DNA from: Candidatus Thorarchaeota archaeon
GTDB lineage: Archaea > Asgardarchaeota > Thorarchaeia > Thorarchaeales > Thorarchaeaceae
NCBI GenBank assembly: GCA_048882485.1
Contig: JBHLRP010000066.1
Span: 1 to 16,114 of the forward strand
Direction: 5' to 3'
DNA length: 16,114 nt
Shown here piece after piece: positions 15,978-16,114 of the stretch (position 1 is its first letter; each line of letters starts with the position of its first letter). Made by a program: the position numbers and the translations under genes. Below the pieces are notes generated by a model that worked only from the letters and a program-made list of their open reading frames with translations, did no database searches and was not told the DNA's origin.

Positions 15978-16114
15978 TTACCAAATTACCATTGATTCTT
16001 CAAACAACTTCCTCAAATCCTCAGCATTAGCTGGTCTCGGAGATAATTTGGTCACTCGATGTTGAGGCAAAGTACCTTGAACCAAGCCATCAAGATCGCT
16101 TTCCTCAAATCCAA
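15978..16114 (-). CDS. C-terminus of a hydroxyacid-oxoacid transhydrogenase (ADHFE1/HOT-type iron-containing alcohol dehydrogenase), partial
   Basis: Manual translation from 16112 gives GFEESDLDGLVQGTLPQHRVTKLSPRPANAEDLRKLFEESMVIW*. The GTLPQxRVTKLxPRP...LFE.SM..W tail is characteristic of HOT/ADHFE1. It is not in the ORF track. Confidence 0.85.
   Translation of the reverse strand, partial: GFEESDLDGLVQGTLPQHRVTKLSPRPANAEDLRKLFEESMVIW

Noticed and set aside
16009-16112. 12-bp direct repeat TTCCTCAAATCC at 16009-16020 and 16101-16112 (possible CRISPR edge)
   Set aside because: There are only two short copies, both inside the HOT coding frame, with no array periodicity.
1-16114. Genome-wide UGA=Trp reassignment
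   Set aside because: TGA ends several intact genes at their expected C-termini (dehydrogenase 7755, ThDP enzyme 7758, MFS 9440, LLM 14887), and Trp is encoded by TGG elsewhere.

Overview
This window is gene-dense prokaryotic DNA, most likely archaeal. The surface protein architecture, the GAF-PAS histidine kinase and the TTTAT-type boxes about 35-40 bp upstream of several starts suggest an Asgard/Thorarchaeia-like genome; this is an inference. In order, the window holds: the 3' end of a membrane protein; an L-fucose/L-arabinose-isomerase-like gene broken by one -1 frameshift and one in-frame TGA; a membrane-anchored NosD/beta-helix surface protein; and an orphan GAF-PAS histidine kinase. A roughly 10 kb block of catabolic genes follows. 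It contains a threonine-dehydrogenase-like extended SDR, a 3-hydroxyacyl-CoA dehydrogenase family protein, an MFS transporter coupled to an atypical ThDP enzyme, a membrane-embedded M28 peptidase, an M20D amidohydrolase, two orphan ORFs and an LLM oxidoreductase plus SDR. It ends in the C-terminus of a hydroxyacid-oxoacid transhydrogenase that the ORF track missed. I found no rRNA, tRNA, CRISPR array or mobile element. The best leads are the recoded-or-decaying isomerase, the ThDP enzyme with non-canonical active-site motifs and its surrounding putative pathway, and repeated intergenic motifs.
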